64,000 nucleotides of DNA from an uncultured Nitrospiraceae bacterium (GTDB taxonomy: Bacteria > Nitrospirota > Nitrospiria > Nitrospirales > Nitrospiraceae), in contig CAVPLT010000004.1 in assembly GCA_963706325.1 (NCBI GenBank), forward strand, positions 544,001 to 608,000, in the 5' to 3' direction. The notes beneath the pieces were generated by a model that saw only the letters and a program-made list of their open reading frames with translations, made no database searches and was not told the origin of the DNA. The translations under genes and the position numbers were made by a program. Below are positions 29,986-39,976 of this stretch, piece after piece (position 1 is the stretch's first letter; each line of letters starts with the position of its first letter).

Positions 29986-32900
29986 CTACGAGTCGGCTAA
30001 TTCTGACGCCGGACCCTGTGACGGGCTGATCATGGTGCGATTCAGCGCCGCGACGCGTGCATAGATGGCCGGGAGGATCAGTAGGGTCAGAATCGTAGCC
30101 GTAAAAAGCCCTCCGATTACCACGGTGGCCAGCGGACGTTGGACCTCCGCGCCCATGCTGGTCGCCAGCGCCATCGGAAGAAAGCCCAGACTCGCCACCA
30201 GCGCCGTCATCAGCACCGGCCGCAGGCGATCCATCGCGCCTTGGTAGATTGCCTGGTCCGTCGGTAGGCCTTCCGATTCCAATTGACGGATATGACTGAC
30301 CAGCACCACGGCATTGAGCACCGCAATCCCGAACAGTGCGATAAAGCCGATGATTGCGGAGATGCTCAACGGCAGGCCGCGCAGCCACAGCGCCAGTATG
30401 CCGCCGGATAAAGCGAGCGGGACATTGAGGAAAATCAGCAGGGCGGGGCGCATTGCGCCGAAAATGACCGATAACATCCCAAGAATCAGAAGGAGCGTCA
30501 CCGGCACGACCATGGCGAGTCGTCGCGCGGCTTCTTGCAAATGTTCATACTGTCCTCCCCAGATCAGCTCATACCCGACAGGGAGGGTGACCGCCTGGGT
30601 CACGGCCTGCTGAGCGTCCGCCACAAAGCTGCCCAGATCGCGCCCTCGAATATTGCATTCCACCACGATGCGTCGTTGCACATGTTCCCGGCTGATTTGC
30701 GCCGGCCCCGAATCGATCTTGATCGTGGTGACGCGTGACAGCGGTACAAGTTCACCATGCATGGTGGGAATCAACAGACTTCCCAGCGCGCCGGGATCGC
30801 GGGAGACGCGCTCGGCCAATCGCACGACCAACTCAAATCGCCGGGAGCCTTGCACGATGGTCCCGACGACGGTGCCCACCCGCGTAGTTTGGATGAGCGT
30901 GAGCACTTCCTCCGCCGTGAGACCATAGCGGGCGATCTCTGCGCGATCGACAATGACACGCAGCAATGGTAATCCGGCCACCTGTTCGACCTTCACGTCA
31001 GCTGCTCCCGGCACGCCCTCGAGCGCCCGCGCGGCACGCTCAGCTTGCTGCTTGAGAATATCCAAATCGGAGCCAAAAATCTTGACCGCGAGATCGGACC
31101 GCACGCCCGCAATCAGCTCATTGAAACGCATCTCGATGGGTTGGGTAAATCCGAGGCCGACGCCGGGCACCTGTTCTACGATGGCTTGCTTCATCATCTC
31201 GATCAGGTCGTTCCGATCCCCGGCTGTGACCCATTCGCGCTGGGGTTTGAGAATGACGAACACGTCCGACATCTCCACGCCCATGACATCCGTAGCGACT
31301 TCCGGACTGCCGGTGCGTGTCACGACCTGGGTCACTTCAGGGAAACGACGCAGTACTCGCTCGATATCGAGCGCGGTGGAGACGGACTCGGTCAGCGAAA
31401 TGCTGGGTAACCGCCACACTTGCACCGCGAGATCCCCTTCCTGGAGCCGGGGAACGAACTCAATGCCGAGTCTGGTGCCAGCCACCAGACTGATGCTGAA
31501 GATGGCCACGGCGACCGCGACGGGCCAGACCGGCCGCGCCATCGCCCGTTGAAGGCAGGGAGCATAGAAATTTCGAAGCGTGCGCAGGAGGCGCGTCTCC
31601 TCCTGCCGCGGCACGACCCGCACGAACCAGAATGCCAGCAGCGGCGTGACCGTCACGGCGCACAGCAACGAGCCGGAAAGGGCCATGATCACCGTCCACG
31701 CCATGGGTCTGAACATCTTTCCTTCGATTCCGGTCAGCGCGAGGATGGGCACATAGACCAGAATAATAATGCCCACGGCGAGGGTCATCGGGCGCAGGAC
31801 TTCCCGTCCGGCCGCCAGCACCTGCGCGAGTCGCTCCTCTCGGTTTCGCACCGGCGTGAGGGCCAATCGGCGAAGGATATTGTCGATCATCACGACGGAG
31901 CCATCCACCAACAGGCCGAAGTCGATGGCCCCGAGGCTCATCAGATTGCCGGAGAGTCCCACCTGCATCATGCCGGTGAACGCGATCAACATCGCGAGGG
32001 GAATGGCTGACGCGACAATGAGGCCGGCCCGTAGATCACCGAGAAAGAGAAACAGCACGGCAATGACCAGGAGGCCGCCTTCAAGCAGATTGTTGCGTAC
32101 GGTCGCAATGACCTTGGAGACGAAAATCGTGCGATCGTAGTAGGGTTCAATTGTCACGCCCGTGGGCAGCGTCGCTTGGATCTCTTGTACGCGCGCCTTG
32201 ACCCTGGTGACCACCTGCTGGGCATTCTCACCGGCGAGCATCTGCACCATGCCGATCACGGTCTCGCCCTCACCCATGGCGGTCGCCGCACCGATGCGAA
32301 GCGCCGAGCCTTCTTTGACCTCGGCGAGATCCGCAATGTAGATCGGGACCCCGCCCGCTCCATGGGCGACGACGATCCGGGCCAAGTCGCTTACTTGCGT
32401 GGCGAGGGCTTCACCGCGAATCAACAGTTGCTCGCGCTGGTGCTCGATATACCCGCCGCCGGCGATGGCATTGTTGCGCTGCAGGGCCTCAAAGATGTGT
32501 TTGAGGGTCAATTTATAGGACAGCAGTTTCGAGGGATCGACGATTACGTGAAACTGTTGTGGCTCGCCACCCCAGATGTTGACCTCGACGACGCCGGGCA
32601 CGGCGCGCAGCTTCATTCCGATATCCCATTGCAGGACGGTTCGCAGGGCCATGGGGCTATAACCCGGCCCTTTGACCGTGAACTGGTAGACCTCTCCCAG
32701 CCCGGTCGTCAGGGGGCCCATGACCGGTCTGCCATACTCCGCGGGAATTCGCTCCATGGCCTGGGCCAATCGCTCCGAGACAAATTGTCTCGCTCGATAG
32801 ATGTCGGTCTGTTCGTCAAAGATGGCGGTGACGGCGGATAGCCCATACCGTGAGACGGAGCGCAGTTCCCGCAAGGCCGGCAAACCGTTAAGGGAGGCTT

Positions 32901-33105
32901 CGATCGGAAAGGTGATGAATTGTTCGACTTCGACGGGGCCTAATGCGGGCGCGCGGGTGAGGATTTGCACCTGGACAGGCGTTAGATCGGGGACGGCATC
33001 GATCGTGAGGTGCGCAAAGGACCATAGTCCGGATGCAATCACGACCGCGATCGCCACCAGGGTGAAAAATCGATACCGCAGGGAGAATGTCAGCAGGCGT
33101 TCCAT
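29986..33105 (-). CDS. czcA: CzcA/CusA family heavy-metal RND permease
   Basis: IDAVPDLT, SLGAIDFGLLVDGSVVM, RLRPVLMTALVASLGFLPMA; 1039 aa. Confidence 0.95.
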   Translation of the reverse strand: MERLLTFSLRYRFFTLVAIAVVIASGLWSFAHLTIDAVPDLTPVQVQILTRAPALGPVEVEQFITFPIEASLNGLPALRELRSVSRYGLSAVTAIFDEQTDIYRARQFVSERLAQAMERIPAEYGRPVMGPLTTGLGEVYQFTVKGPGYSPMALRTVLQWDIGMKLRAVPGVVEVNIWGGEPQQFHVIVDPSKLLSYKLTLKHIFEALQRNNAIAGGGYIEHQREQLLIRGEALATQVSDLARIVVAHGAGGVPIYIADLAEVKEGSALRIGAATAMGEGETVIGMVQMLAGENAQQVVTRVKARVQEIQATLPTGVTIEPYYDRTIFVSKVIATVRNNLLEGGLLVIAVLFLFLGDLRAGLIVASAIPLAMLIAFTGMMQVGLSGNLMSLGAIDFGLLVDGSVVMIDNILRRLALTPVRNREERLAQVLAAGREVLRPMTLAVGIIILVYVPILALTGIEGKMFRPMAWTVIMALSGSLLCAVTVTPLLAFWFVRVVPRQEETRLLRTLRNFYAPCLQRAMARPVWPVAVAVAIFSISLVAGTRLGIEFVPRLQEGDLAVQVWRLPSISLTESVSTALDIERVLRRFPEVTQVVTRTGSPEVATDVMGVEMSDVFVILKPQREWVTAGDRNDLIEMMKQAIVEQVPGVGLGFTQPIEMRFNELIAGVRSDLAVKIFGSDLDILKQQAERAARALEGVPGAADVKVEQVAGLPLLRVIVDRAEIARYGLTAEEVLTLIQTTRVGTVVGTIVQGSRRFELVVRLAERVSRDPGALGSLLIPTMHGELVPLSRVTTIKIDSGPAQISREHVQRRIVVECNIRGRDLGSFVADAQQAVTQAVTLPVGYELIWGGQYEHLQEAARRLAMVVPVTLLLILGMLSVIFGAMRPALLIFLNVPLALSGGILALWLRGLPLSISAIIGFIALFGIAVLNAVVLVSHIRQLESEGLPTDQAIYQGAMDRLRPVLMTALVASLGFLPMALATSMGAEVQRPLATVVIGGLFTATILTLLILPAIYARVAALNRTMISPSQGPASELADS

Positions 33106-33112
33106 GCGCTCC

Positions 33113-34306
33113 TCACTCGCCCGATCCGATGTGCTCTTTCAGGAGCACATTCTTCAGATCGAAGACGCCTTCGACCACCACTTGGTCCCCGGCTTTCACA
33201 CCCTGCCTGATTTCGATCCACTCGCCGCCTTCTCGGCCGGTCTCAACCGGCAGGAAGGTATAGCCCGACGTCTCTGCAATGAATACCCCTTGGACCCGGT
33301 TCACTGTGGTGAGCGCAGAGAGGGGAACGGCGAGCATGGGTGGGCCGGCCAGGGTGAGCGCCACCTCGACGTATTCGCGCGGCTTCAGCTGTCCCTGGTG
33401 ATTCGCTGCCTCAAAGCGCACTTGAATGGTCCTGGTGGTCTCATCTGCCATCGGCGCAATATAGGTGAGGGGCGCGGTGAGTGCTTCGCCCCCTCGGGGT
33501 GTAATTGTTGCCGAATCGCCCTCTTTGAACTTTCTGGCCTGCTCGATAGGAAGACTCGCAAATACCCACACGCGGCTGGTATCCACGACTTCGAACAGTT
33601 CGTCGCCCGGCGCCACCCCCTGCCCGCGCACCGCATTCTGCGCCACCACCGTTCCTGCGATCGGGGCGGTCAGAGTGTATTGATGCCCCTTCTCATGGTG
33701 TCCCACTTCGAGTTGCCTAAGTTCGGCTGTCGAGAGTCCCATGTTCATAAGTTTCTCGCGGATGTGTTGATATCGGGCCTTCGTTTCCAGGTACTGCCCT
33801 CTGTCTTCGTTCAGCTTGCGTTCCGTCACGATGTCGTCCGTGCGAAGTTTTTCAGTCCGACGGAAACCATTCTCCGCGACGTCGGCTTGTACCTTTCCGA
33901 CGAGATACTCCTCAATCATCTGATCAAGCTGGAGACTGCCGATAGCGACGAGTCGCTGACCTCTCTTGACCCGATCCCCCAGTTGAACATGGATCTGTTC
34001 CACCTGACCGGCAATACGTGAGGTGATTTTGGCGACCTGTTTGAGGTCCAGCGCGACTTCGCCGGGGGCGGTGACGAGCTCCGGAATTGATCGCAGGGTC
34101 GCGGCCTGAATACGCAGACGGTCTCGAACAGCTGCAGGCGGATGAATCGAAAGAGTCTCGCCCGTTCGCGGTTTCATCTCTGTGACGGTCAGGGGCTTCG
34201 GTGGATCTGTCCCACGATCGCCACAGCCTGACAGCAACCAGAGGACGGTCACAATCATTCCGGTCGTTGCGACCGGTTCGGCCACTCGCCACGATGAGGT
34301 GGTCAC
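33113..34306 (-). CDS. czcB: RND periplasmic adaptor subunit
   Basis: GDRVKRGQ.L, LTAPIAGTV, DETTRT, GDQVVVEG. Confidence 0.9.
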   Translation of the reverse strand: MTTSSWRVAEPVATTGMIVTVLWLLSGCGDRGTDPPKPLTVTEMKPRTGETLSIHPPAAVRDRLRIQAATLRSIPELVTAPGEVALDLKQVAKITSRIAGQVEQIHVQLGDRVKRGQRLVAIGSLQLDQMIEEYLVGKVQADVAENGFRRTEKLRTDDIVTERKLNEDRGQYLETKARYQHIREKLMNMGLSTAELRQLEVGHHEKGHQYTLTAPIAGTVVAQNAVRGQGVAPGDELFEVVDTSRVWVFASLPIEQARKFKEGDSATITPRGGEALTAPLTYIAPMADETTRTIQVRFEAANHQGQLKPREYVEVALTLAGPPMLAVPLSALTTVNRVQGVFIAETSGYTFLPVETGREGGEWIEIRQGVKAGDQVVVEGVFDLKNVLLKEHIGSGE

Positions 34307-35560
34307 AGTGATGCTCCGAGCGAACGCTCCAAGCGGGCGAGGGCGATCGACAGATCGGCCCGCACTTGGGCATATTCCAGCAAGGTTTGCCGATAGACAC
34401 GCTGGGCATCCAGCACGTCCAAAAGCGTCGCGGCGCCATGCCGAAAACTGGTCCGCGCCACGGCCAACGTCTGTTCGGCTTGTTTCAGCAACCCGGTTTC
34501 AAAGACCTGGAGTTGATCCTGCGCCGTGCGCACTTCCTGCGCATGTTGGGTGATGGCCTGTTCCAGCTCGTTCTGTGCGCGTAGGCGTTCCGCATCGGCG
34601 CGATGCTTCGCCCCGAGGGCCGTTTGGATTTCTCCCTGCCGCCGATACCAGAGCGGCAACGGCACGCTGAGTCCTGCGGTGAGGGATTCATCTCCCGCCT
34701 CCCGGTGATAACTTCCCAGGAGGCTGATGTTCGGCATGCGCGCTTCCCGCTCGAAGCGCAGGGTATGTTCGGCCTGTTCCGCGAGTTTGCTTTGGCGCCG
34801 TACTGCTGGGTGTTGTTCGACGGCTTGTGCCAGAACGTCAGGATTCACCGCTTGGTTGGTCGTTAGGAAGTCGCCTTGGATAGCGAACTGTTTGCCGAGT
34901 GACCCGGCGGTGAGGGTATTCAGCCGACCTTTGGAAACCAACAGGGCATTGTTCGCACGGGAGACCTCCTTCCTGGCCTTCTGAACTTCAACTGCGGCCT
35001 TCATGTTGTCGAATGACGTCGCTTCGCCCGCCGAGATCCGTGCGTTGACGGTGCGCAACACTTCCTCTACAGAGGACACGTTCTGCGCGGCGAGTTCCAC
35101 ATCGCGCTGGGCGAAGAGGAGTTGATAGAAGGCTACCTTCACGTCGGCGAGCAGCGCTAAGCGAGTGTCTTCCAGCGCCGCACTCGCCCCCGCGACTCCG
35201 GCATCCGCTGCTTCCTGTCGAGCCTGCCGCTTGCCTGTCCATTCAAGCGGTTGCTCTACGGTGAAGGTCCGTTCGGTGACCCGGACGCCCGTGCTCGGAT
35301 CGCGAATGGCTCCTCGGCCTGCGCTGCCCGAGACAGATGGATTCGGATAGGCGCCCGCAGCGATCTGTTGGCCGTGACTCTGTTTCACGCAACCCTTCGG
35401 CCCCGGCTACGGTGGGGTTGTGTTGCAGCGCCAACGCTAGGATATCTGGCAATGAATAGGCCGCGGTGCGTGGCTCATCAGCCCATGTCAAGGCGCGGCT
35501 CGTGTCGAAGCAGACGGTCGCGCTCGTCAAGCACAGTAAGAAGACAATACGGGCAATCAT
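34303..35560 (-). CDS. czcC: TolC-family outer membrane factor; apparent 1-nt frameshift near 35390
   Basis: Signal peptide and ALQHNP in one frame; YPNP, PLPLW, LLDVLDAQR in the next. Confidence 0.85.
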
Positions 35561-35660
35561 GTGGAGCCTCCTCCTTCGCAAACGTCGCGGCAGCACGAAA
35601 GGCCTCCTTCCGCCGGCCAGCGGGTCGCGATCCTATGTGAGAAATCAAGGGGAACGAGTG

Positions 35661-36137
35661 TTATCCAAGGCGCGGGGAGGGCGGCGCGCGTGCAGGAATC
35701 TCATGAACGACTAGCGCTGAAAACAAGGCAGACGCGCCATCCGTTTCCAATAAATCACGACGGGGAGGAAGAGGCAGGACCGAACGAGTGAGAAAGAGGA
35801 GCTGTGAAGAGCACGGCTTGAAGAACTTGCGATCGGTCGAATCGTTCAGGAGGGAAAAACCTAACTCCGGGTCTGCGCCCCAGGCATGCAGGCTCTCGGT
35901 TGACAGCACGAGTTCGGTATCCGCGGTCATCGCGCCTTCAGCAGCGTCTCGGTGATGTCCGAACTCTCCGTCGAGGTCGCCTGAAAAGACGGTATGAACC
36001 GTCGCTAAGTGGACATGGCCTGTATGGCTATGATGGGGATCAATCTCGGGATGTATGTGGAAGAGGGGAATGGCAATCAGCCACAGGATTGCCCAGGCGC
36101 GAAGGAGATCGGAGATTCTGAATGTCGGGTATGGCAT
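35661..36137 (-). CDS. His-rich protein upstream of czcCBA (DUF2946/CzcI-like)
   Basis: PLFHIHPEIDPHHSHTGHVH; C-terminal RAPP motif. Confidence 0.65.
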   Translation of the reverse strand: MPYPTFRISDLLRAWAILWLIAIPLFHIHPEIDPHHSHTGHVHLATVHTVFSGDLDGEFGHHRDAAEGAMTADTELVLSTESLHAWGADPELGFSLLNDSTDRKFFKPCSSQLLFLTRSVLPLPPRRDLLETDGASALFSALVVHEIPARAPPSPRLG

Positions 36138-36556
36138 GACTCGAATGAAAGCACGTCCGCTTGCATGGACGCTATCATAGGGAGTCGAACACATCAAGAA
36201 GTGGTCGTTTCGCGGAACGGGAGGGGACCTGTTTTGGTGCTCCTTCGTCGATTGACGACTCTCATGCCGCCGGTTTGAAGAGTACTTTGGTCCAGCATCG
36301 TTCGCAGGCTTCGAGGCCTCGATAGGCTTCAAGCGCTTCCGCCAAAGTGGAGGGGAGACAAGAAAAGATGGGTCAGCTTCACCTCCTGAATGAAGTTGCC
36401 CGAGTTACGGGCTGTCTTGTTTACCGTGGGCGTGATAGACGAGCGATTTTTGTCGTTCGTTCATGTGATTCGGGAGGCCACATCATCATTCGCAAACAGG
36501 GGGAGGAACAGCCTTAGCCATTTCTCCCCCTATCCGTTTGTTTCCTGGCTCGACCG

Positions 36557-37705
36557 CTAGCGAGTTGTACCGTCCATCGCATTCGTATGCGGATCGCGAG
36601 GTTGATCGCGATTGAGTGACTCATTGCCGCAGCCTCCACCCAAGCAATCGGGCTTCCTCACATCTGTACCGGGGGACACCTCGGTGGAGTCTTTAAGGCG
36701 TGTAATCTGAACCGGCGCGCCATCATTGATGGCGACCTGATTGGCGAGCAAGACGGGATAGTTGCCCACCTGCACGACCCGGCCATTGGCGACAATTCGG
36801 TCCCCCGGCGAGGCATGGGCGACGGTTTGCTCCGTGGTATCCTGGCCCAAATCCACGATGGCAACACGGCCATCCGCTGTCTGTACCGCTGCCGTGCGGT
36901 GCAATTCGGCCGTGCGATTCGTGCGTATGTCACGGAATTGCTGAATCCGTCCTTCCACCTGCCTGTTATCCGTCAGCGCCGGACCGGCTTCGCGGTGTAA
37001 GTTTACGCGGTTGACGCCAGATTTGATCTGCTGCGCCATGAGAACAGAATAGTTGCCGATGTCCTCCCATTCGCCTCCCACTTGAATCTGATCACCTTTT
37101 GTAATCGCCATATCCAATGTGCGGCGGGTAGGGCCGAGATCCGTAATGATTTGCCGATCGTCCGCCGCCTTAATGAGGGCAACCGTGTTTTGGTCTCCGC
37201 TGGTTCGGTTCCGTACTTGCTTGATGGCGGTCACTGTGCCCCTAATGAAATGGCCATTCTGCGCCGGTGCCCCTGAAGCCATACGCTCGTTGCGAGCCTC
37301 GGGCATCCCATAGATCGGATCTCGCTGATCGTAAAACCAGGGTTCGTCGTAATACTGTTGGAAGGCAGTCGTCTGTTCATTTCGCTTCACGTTGCGGGTC
37401 GTCGAAGGGTGGGCGGCGTCCGCTGCGGTGGTCTGGTCGCTATTGGCCAAATCCGCGTCCCGAGAGTTTGTCCGAATCGCTCCCGGGCTGTCATAGAAGT
37501 CGTAGTACCAATTATCGGTTTTAAAACTATCCTCGTAGAAGCCGCCTGAAAGGTCACTGTTCCGAACGCGCGGTCCATCGTTCGACGGGAGGGCGGTCGT
37601 TCCCATTTCTCGGGGCCGTTCGGCGTAGATGGATGTGCCTCCGATTAATCCCACACCAAGCGCGAGGGCCAGTAGTGTTATCTGTTTTTCTTTGCGAATG
37701 GGCAT
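36557..37705 (-). CDS. Secreted protein with two repeated OB-fold-like domains
   Basis: Signal peptide; repeats DLGP..GDQIQVGG..IGNYSVLMAQQI and DLGQ..GDRIVANG..VGNYPVLLANQV. Confidence 0.75.
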   Translation of the reverse strand: MPIRKEKQITLLALALGVGLIGGTSIYAERPREMGTTALPSNDGPRVRNSDLSGGFYEDSFKTDNWYYDFYDSPGAIRTNSRDADLANSDQTTAADAAHPSTTRNVKRNEQTTAFQQYYDEPWFYDQRDPIYGMPEARNERMASGAPAQNGHFIRGTVTAIKQVRNRTSGDQNTVALIKAADDRQIITDLGPTRRTLDMAITKGDQIQVGGEWEDIGNYSVLMAQQIKSGVNRVNLHREAGPALTDNRQVEGRIQQFRDIRTNRTAELHRTAAVQTADGRVAIVDLGQDTTEQTVAHASPGDRIVANGRVVQVGNYPVLLANQVAINDGAPVQITRLKDSTEVSPGTDVRKPDCLGGGCGNESLNRDQPRDPHTNAMDGTTR

Positions 37706-37801
37706 TGCTGCCTCCTTCCAGTTAGCAGAGAATGAAGGTGTTTTTCGTGGTGACTGCAGGGATCATGAAGACCCTCACCATTCGGTTACCTCCTTAGCCA
37801 T

Positions 37802-37817
37802 AGCAAGAGACGCTCCT
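37802..37817 (-). promoter_or_regulatory. Possible sigma-54 promoter
   Basis: AGGAGCGTCTCTTGCT, GG-N10-GC spacing, about 100 nt upstream of the 37705 start. Confidence 0.35.
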
Positions 37818-38011
37818 GCGGTGCTGCATGTGTAGGCTGTGGATATTAGTTGCTTTATGTACACCGATCCCCACGGACGTAAGTGGGTCATGAGGGACAG
37901 CTTGTCTAAGGCAGGACAACCTGTCGGGCATTCAATGGCTTTGTTTTGCATATTCCGTATCGTCCGGCTGCTCCGGTAGCGCAAGCTCGCGACTCTGAGC
38001 TCCGCAGGTCA

Positions 38012-39142
38012 TTATCCTGGAGGCCGTCGCTCAGGTGATTCCCTGGAGACTGTGAGTGTGGTGTCCGGCACGGCTTGCGTGACGCGGTAATAGATATCGA
38101 GCCAAGGGGCCAGAGTCTGGTCGCCGCCGTTCCACAGGGCGTCGACGTTCGCCGCTGCTCGACAAGACCATTTGACTGCGCGCTCCTCCCATTTCGCCCA
38201 CAAGGCGAAGTCCTGATTAGCCAAGGTCATCAGCGTGTCCGGATAGACGGCGACAGGGGCAAATCCATGACGGCTGAGCAGTTCATCCAAGGTGCGGACC
38301 GTATAGCCGTATAAATAGGGAAACCCCAACAGATTATTCCATGCAAGCGCCAGGGACAGCCATCCTTTGAGCGGCTCGGACGAGCGCTTCCACCAGGACA
38401 TCATACGATGGAAGCAAGCGCCGTTCGGCACACGAATGACCAGGATGCCGTGGTCGTGCAACATGCGTCGCGCCGCCGCGAGGGTGGCATCGGGATGAGG
38501 CAACTGGTCGAAAGTATTCCAGATCGTCACGGCATCAAACGTATGCGCAGGTACCTGTGCTTCAATGAGTGTTCCACACAAGACGTTCAGCCCCTGCTCG
38601 TGACAAAATCCCGCCACCTCTTGTCCAGGATCCACTCCGAGCATGTTCCATCCCTGTTCTCGACCGACGGCCAGAAAGCCACCCACGAAACTACCGACTT
38701 CGACGATTCGAGGAGTTATGCCTGGTCGAACGGGGAGATGCCTGGCCAGTGTTCGGACTTTCGAGGTTGCCCATTGGCGTTGGAGAACGAACTCCGAGCG
38801 CAAGTGCTCGTGACCGTAGCGCTCCTGGCTATAGGTATCCGTAACGGCCTCGGCGGTCGGCCGTCGATCACGGTAGAGGAGTCCGCAACCACGACAGGTC
38901 ACGATCGCCGTGACATAACTTTGCGTGAAGTCCGCGCGATCCGATAGATCGCCAGCGGCTGATTCTCGGCGTCGTCGGCGATGGAACTGCTGCAGAAATC
39001 GCACGTGACTCTCTACTTCCGATGACGAGCAGACTTCATCAGAAGTCGATCCACCGCAAATATGACAGGATGGGTTTGCAGAAGGTGTCGCCTGCTCTGA
39101 ATCAGCGATCGAGGAAGATTGAGACTTCGGCATGAGAGGCAA
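38012..39142 (-). CDS. Class I SAM-dependent methyltransferase with N-terminal Cys motifs
   Basis: CHICG, CRGCGL, IVEVGSFVGGF, GVDP, FDAVT. Confidence 0.85.
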   Translation of the reverse strand: MPLMPKSQSSSIADSEQATPSANPSCHICGGSTSDEVCSSSEVESHVRFLQQFHRRRRRESAAGDLSDRADFTQSYVTAIVTCRGCGLLYRDRRPTAEAVTDTYSQERYGHEHLRSEFVLQRQWATSKVRTLARHLPVRPGITPRIVEVGSFVGGFLAVGREQGWNMLGVDPGQEVAGFCHEQGLNVLCGTLIEAQVPAHTFDAVTIWNTFDQLPHPDATLAAARRMLHDHGILVIRVPNGACFHRMMSWWKRSSEPLKGWLSLALAWNNLLGFPYLYGYTVRTLDELLSRHGFAPVAVYPDTLMTLANQDFALWAKWEERAVKWSCRAAANVDALWNGGDQTLAPWLDIYYRVTQAVPDTTLTVSRESPERRPPG

Positions 39143-39154
39143 TCCTTCGGCCTG

Positions 39155-39841
39155 TTAGGGCACCACTGACATCGACGCCTGAGGAAAAAATGGATGACCC
39201 GTGAGCGCTTGATAGGCGATGGCGGCCGAGTGAATTGGGGAGATGTGTGTAAGAAAAGGCGTCAACCAATCTGAGTCGGCCACATCCATCGTATCCGGCA
39301 CGACGATACGACGCATGTGTTTGAGAAAGGCGGCCTGAATCTTAAGCGGCAGGGCCGTCACGGGGCCAATCGTACCGTCTTCTGTTATGGTGCCGGTCAT
39401 CGTGCAATCCAACGGAATGAAATCCCCCTTGGCTAACGCCACGACGGCCAGTCCCACGATCCCGGATAAACTGTCGCCATAAACTGTTCCCGCCGGTTCG
39501 TTCACGGCGAAGCTTACTGTCCAGGAATCAGTTCGGAGTTTAGCCGCATGGGCTGCTCTATCGATCGCGGACAAAATCGCGACCTCGGTGTCAGAGCTGA
39601 AGGACCCGCGTCCACTCAGGAAGCTCACCACAATGCCGTGCTGATCAGCCCGTTCTTCCAACGCAACAAACATTTCGCCCACTGCGCCTTCTCGCACCTG
39701 AGACGTATCGGCTGGACCGACCATGGTAACGCCTAGAAAACGTATGATTTGAGCGCCTTGGGTCTCGGCCCGCGCAGGAAGAGAGATCGTGCACCAGCTC
39801 AGGGCAAGGAGTATCAATATTCGACCGGCGAATGCGCCCAT
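39155..39841 (-). CDS. Exported S16 (Lon C-terminal-like) serine protease domain protein
   Basis: GDSLSG, MTGTITEDGTIGPV..L..KIQAA (Ser-Lys dyad); signal peptide. Confidence 0.8.
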   Translation of the reverse strand: MGAFAGRILILLALSWCTISLPARAETQGAQIIRFLGVTMVGPADTSQVREGAVGEMFVALEERADQHGIVVSFLSGRGSFSSDTEVAILSAIDRAAHAAKLRTDSWTVSFAVNEPAGTVYGDSLSGIVGLAVVALAKGDFIPLDCTMTGTITEDGTIGPVTALPLKIQAAFLKHMRRIVVPDTMDVADSDWLTPFLTHISPIHSAAIAYQALTGHPFFPQASMSVVP

Positions 39842-39976
39842 GCTCCGACCCTCCGGACCACATATGTGATTGTGCCCGGAATAAACTCGTGTAACATACT
39901 AGGTACTCCCCCTGTTACCTCTTTCCGATGGTGACCAACGAGACGACCCGAAAATAAGCGCACGCCATGAACTTGA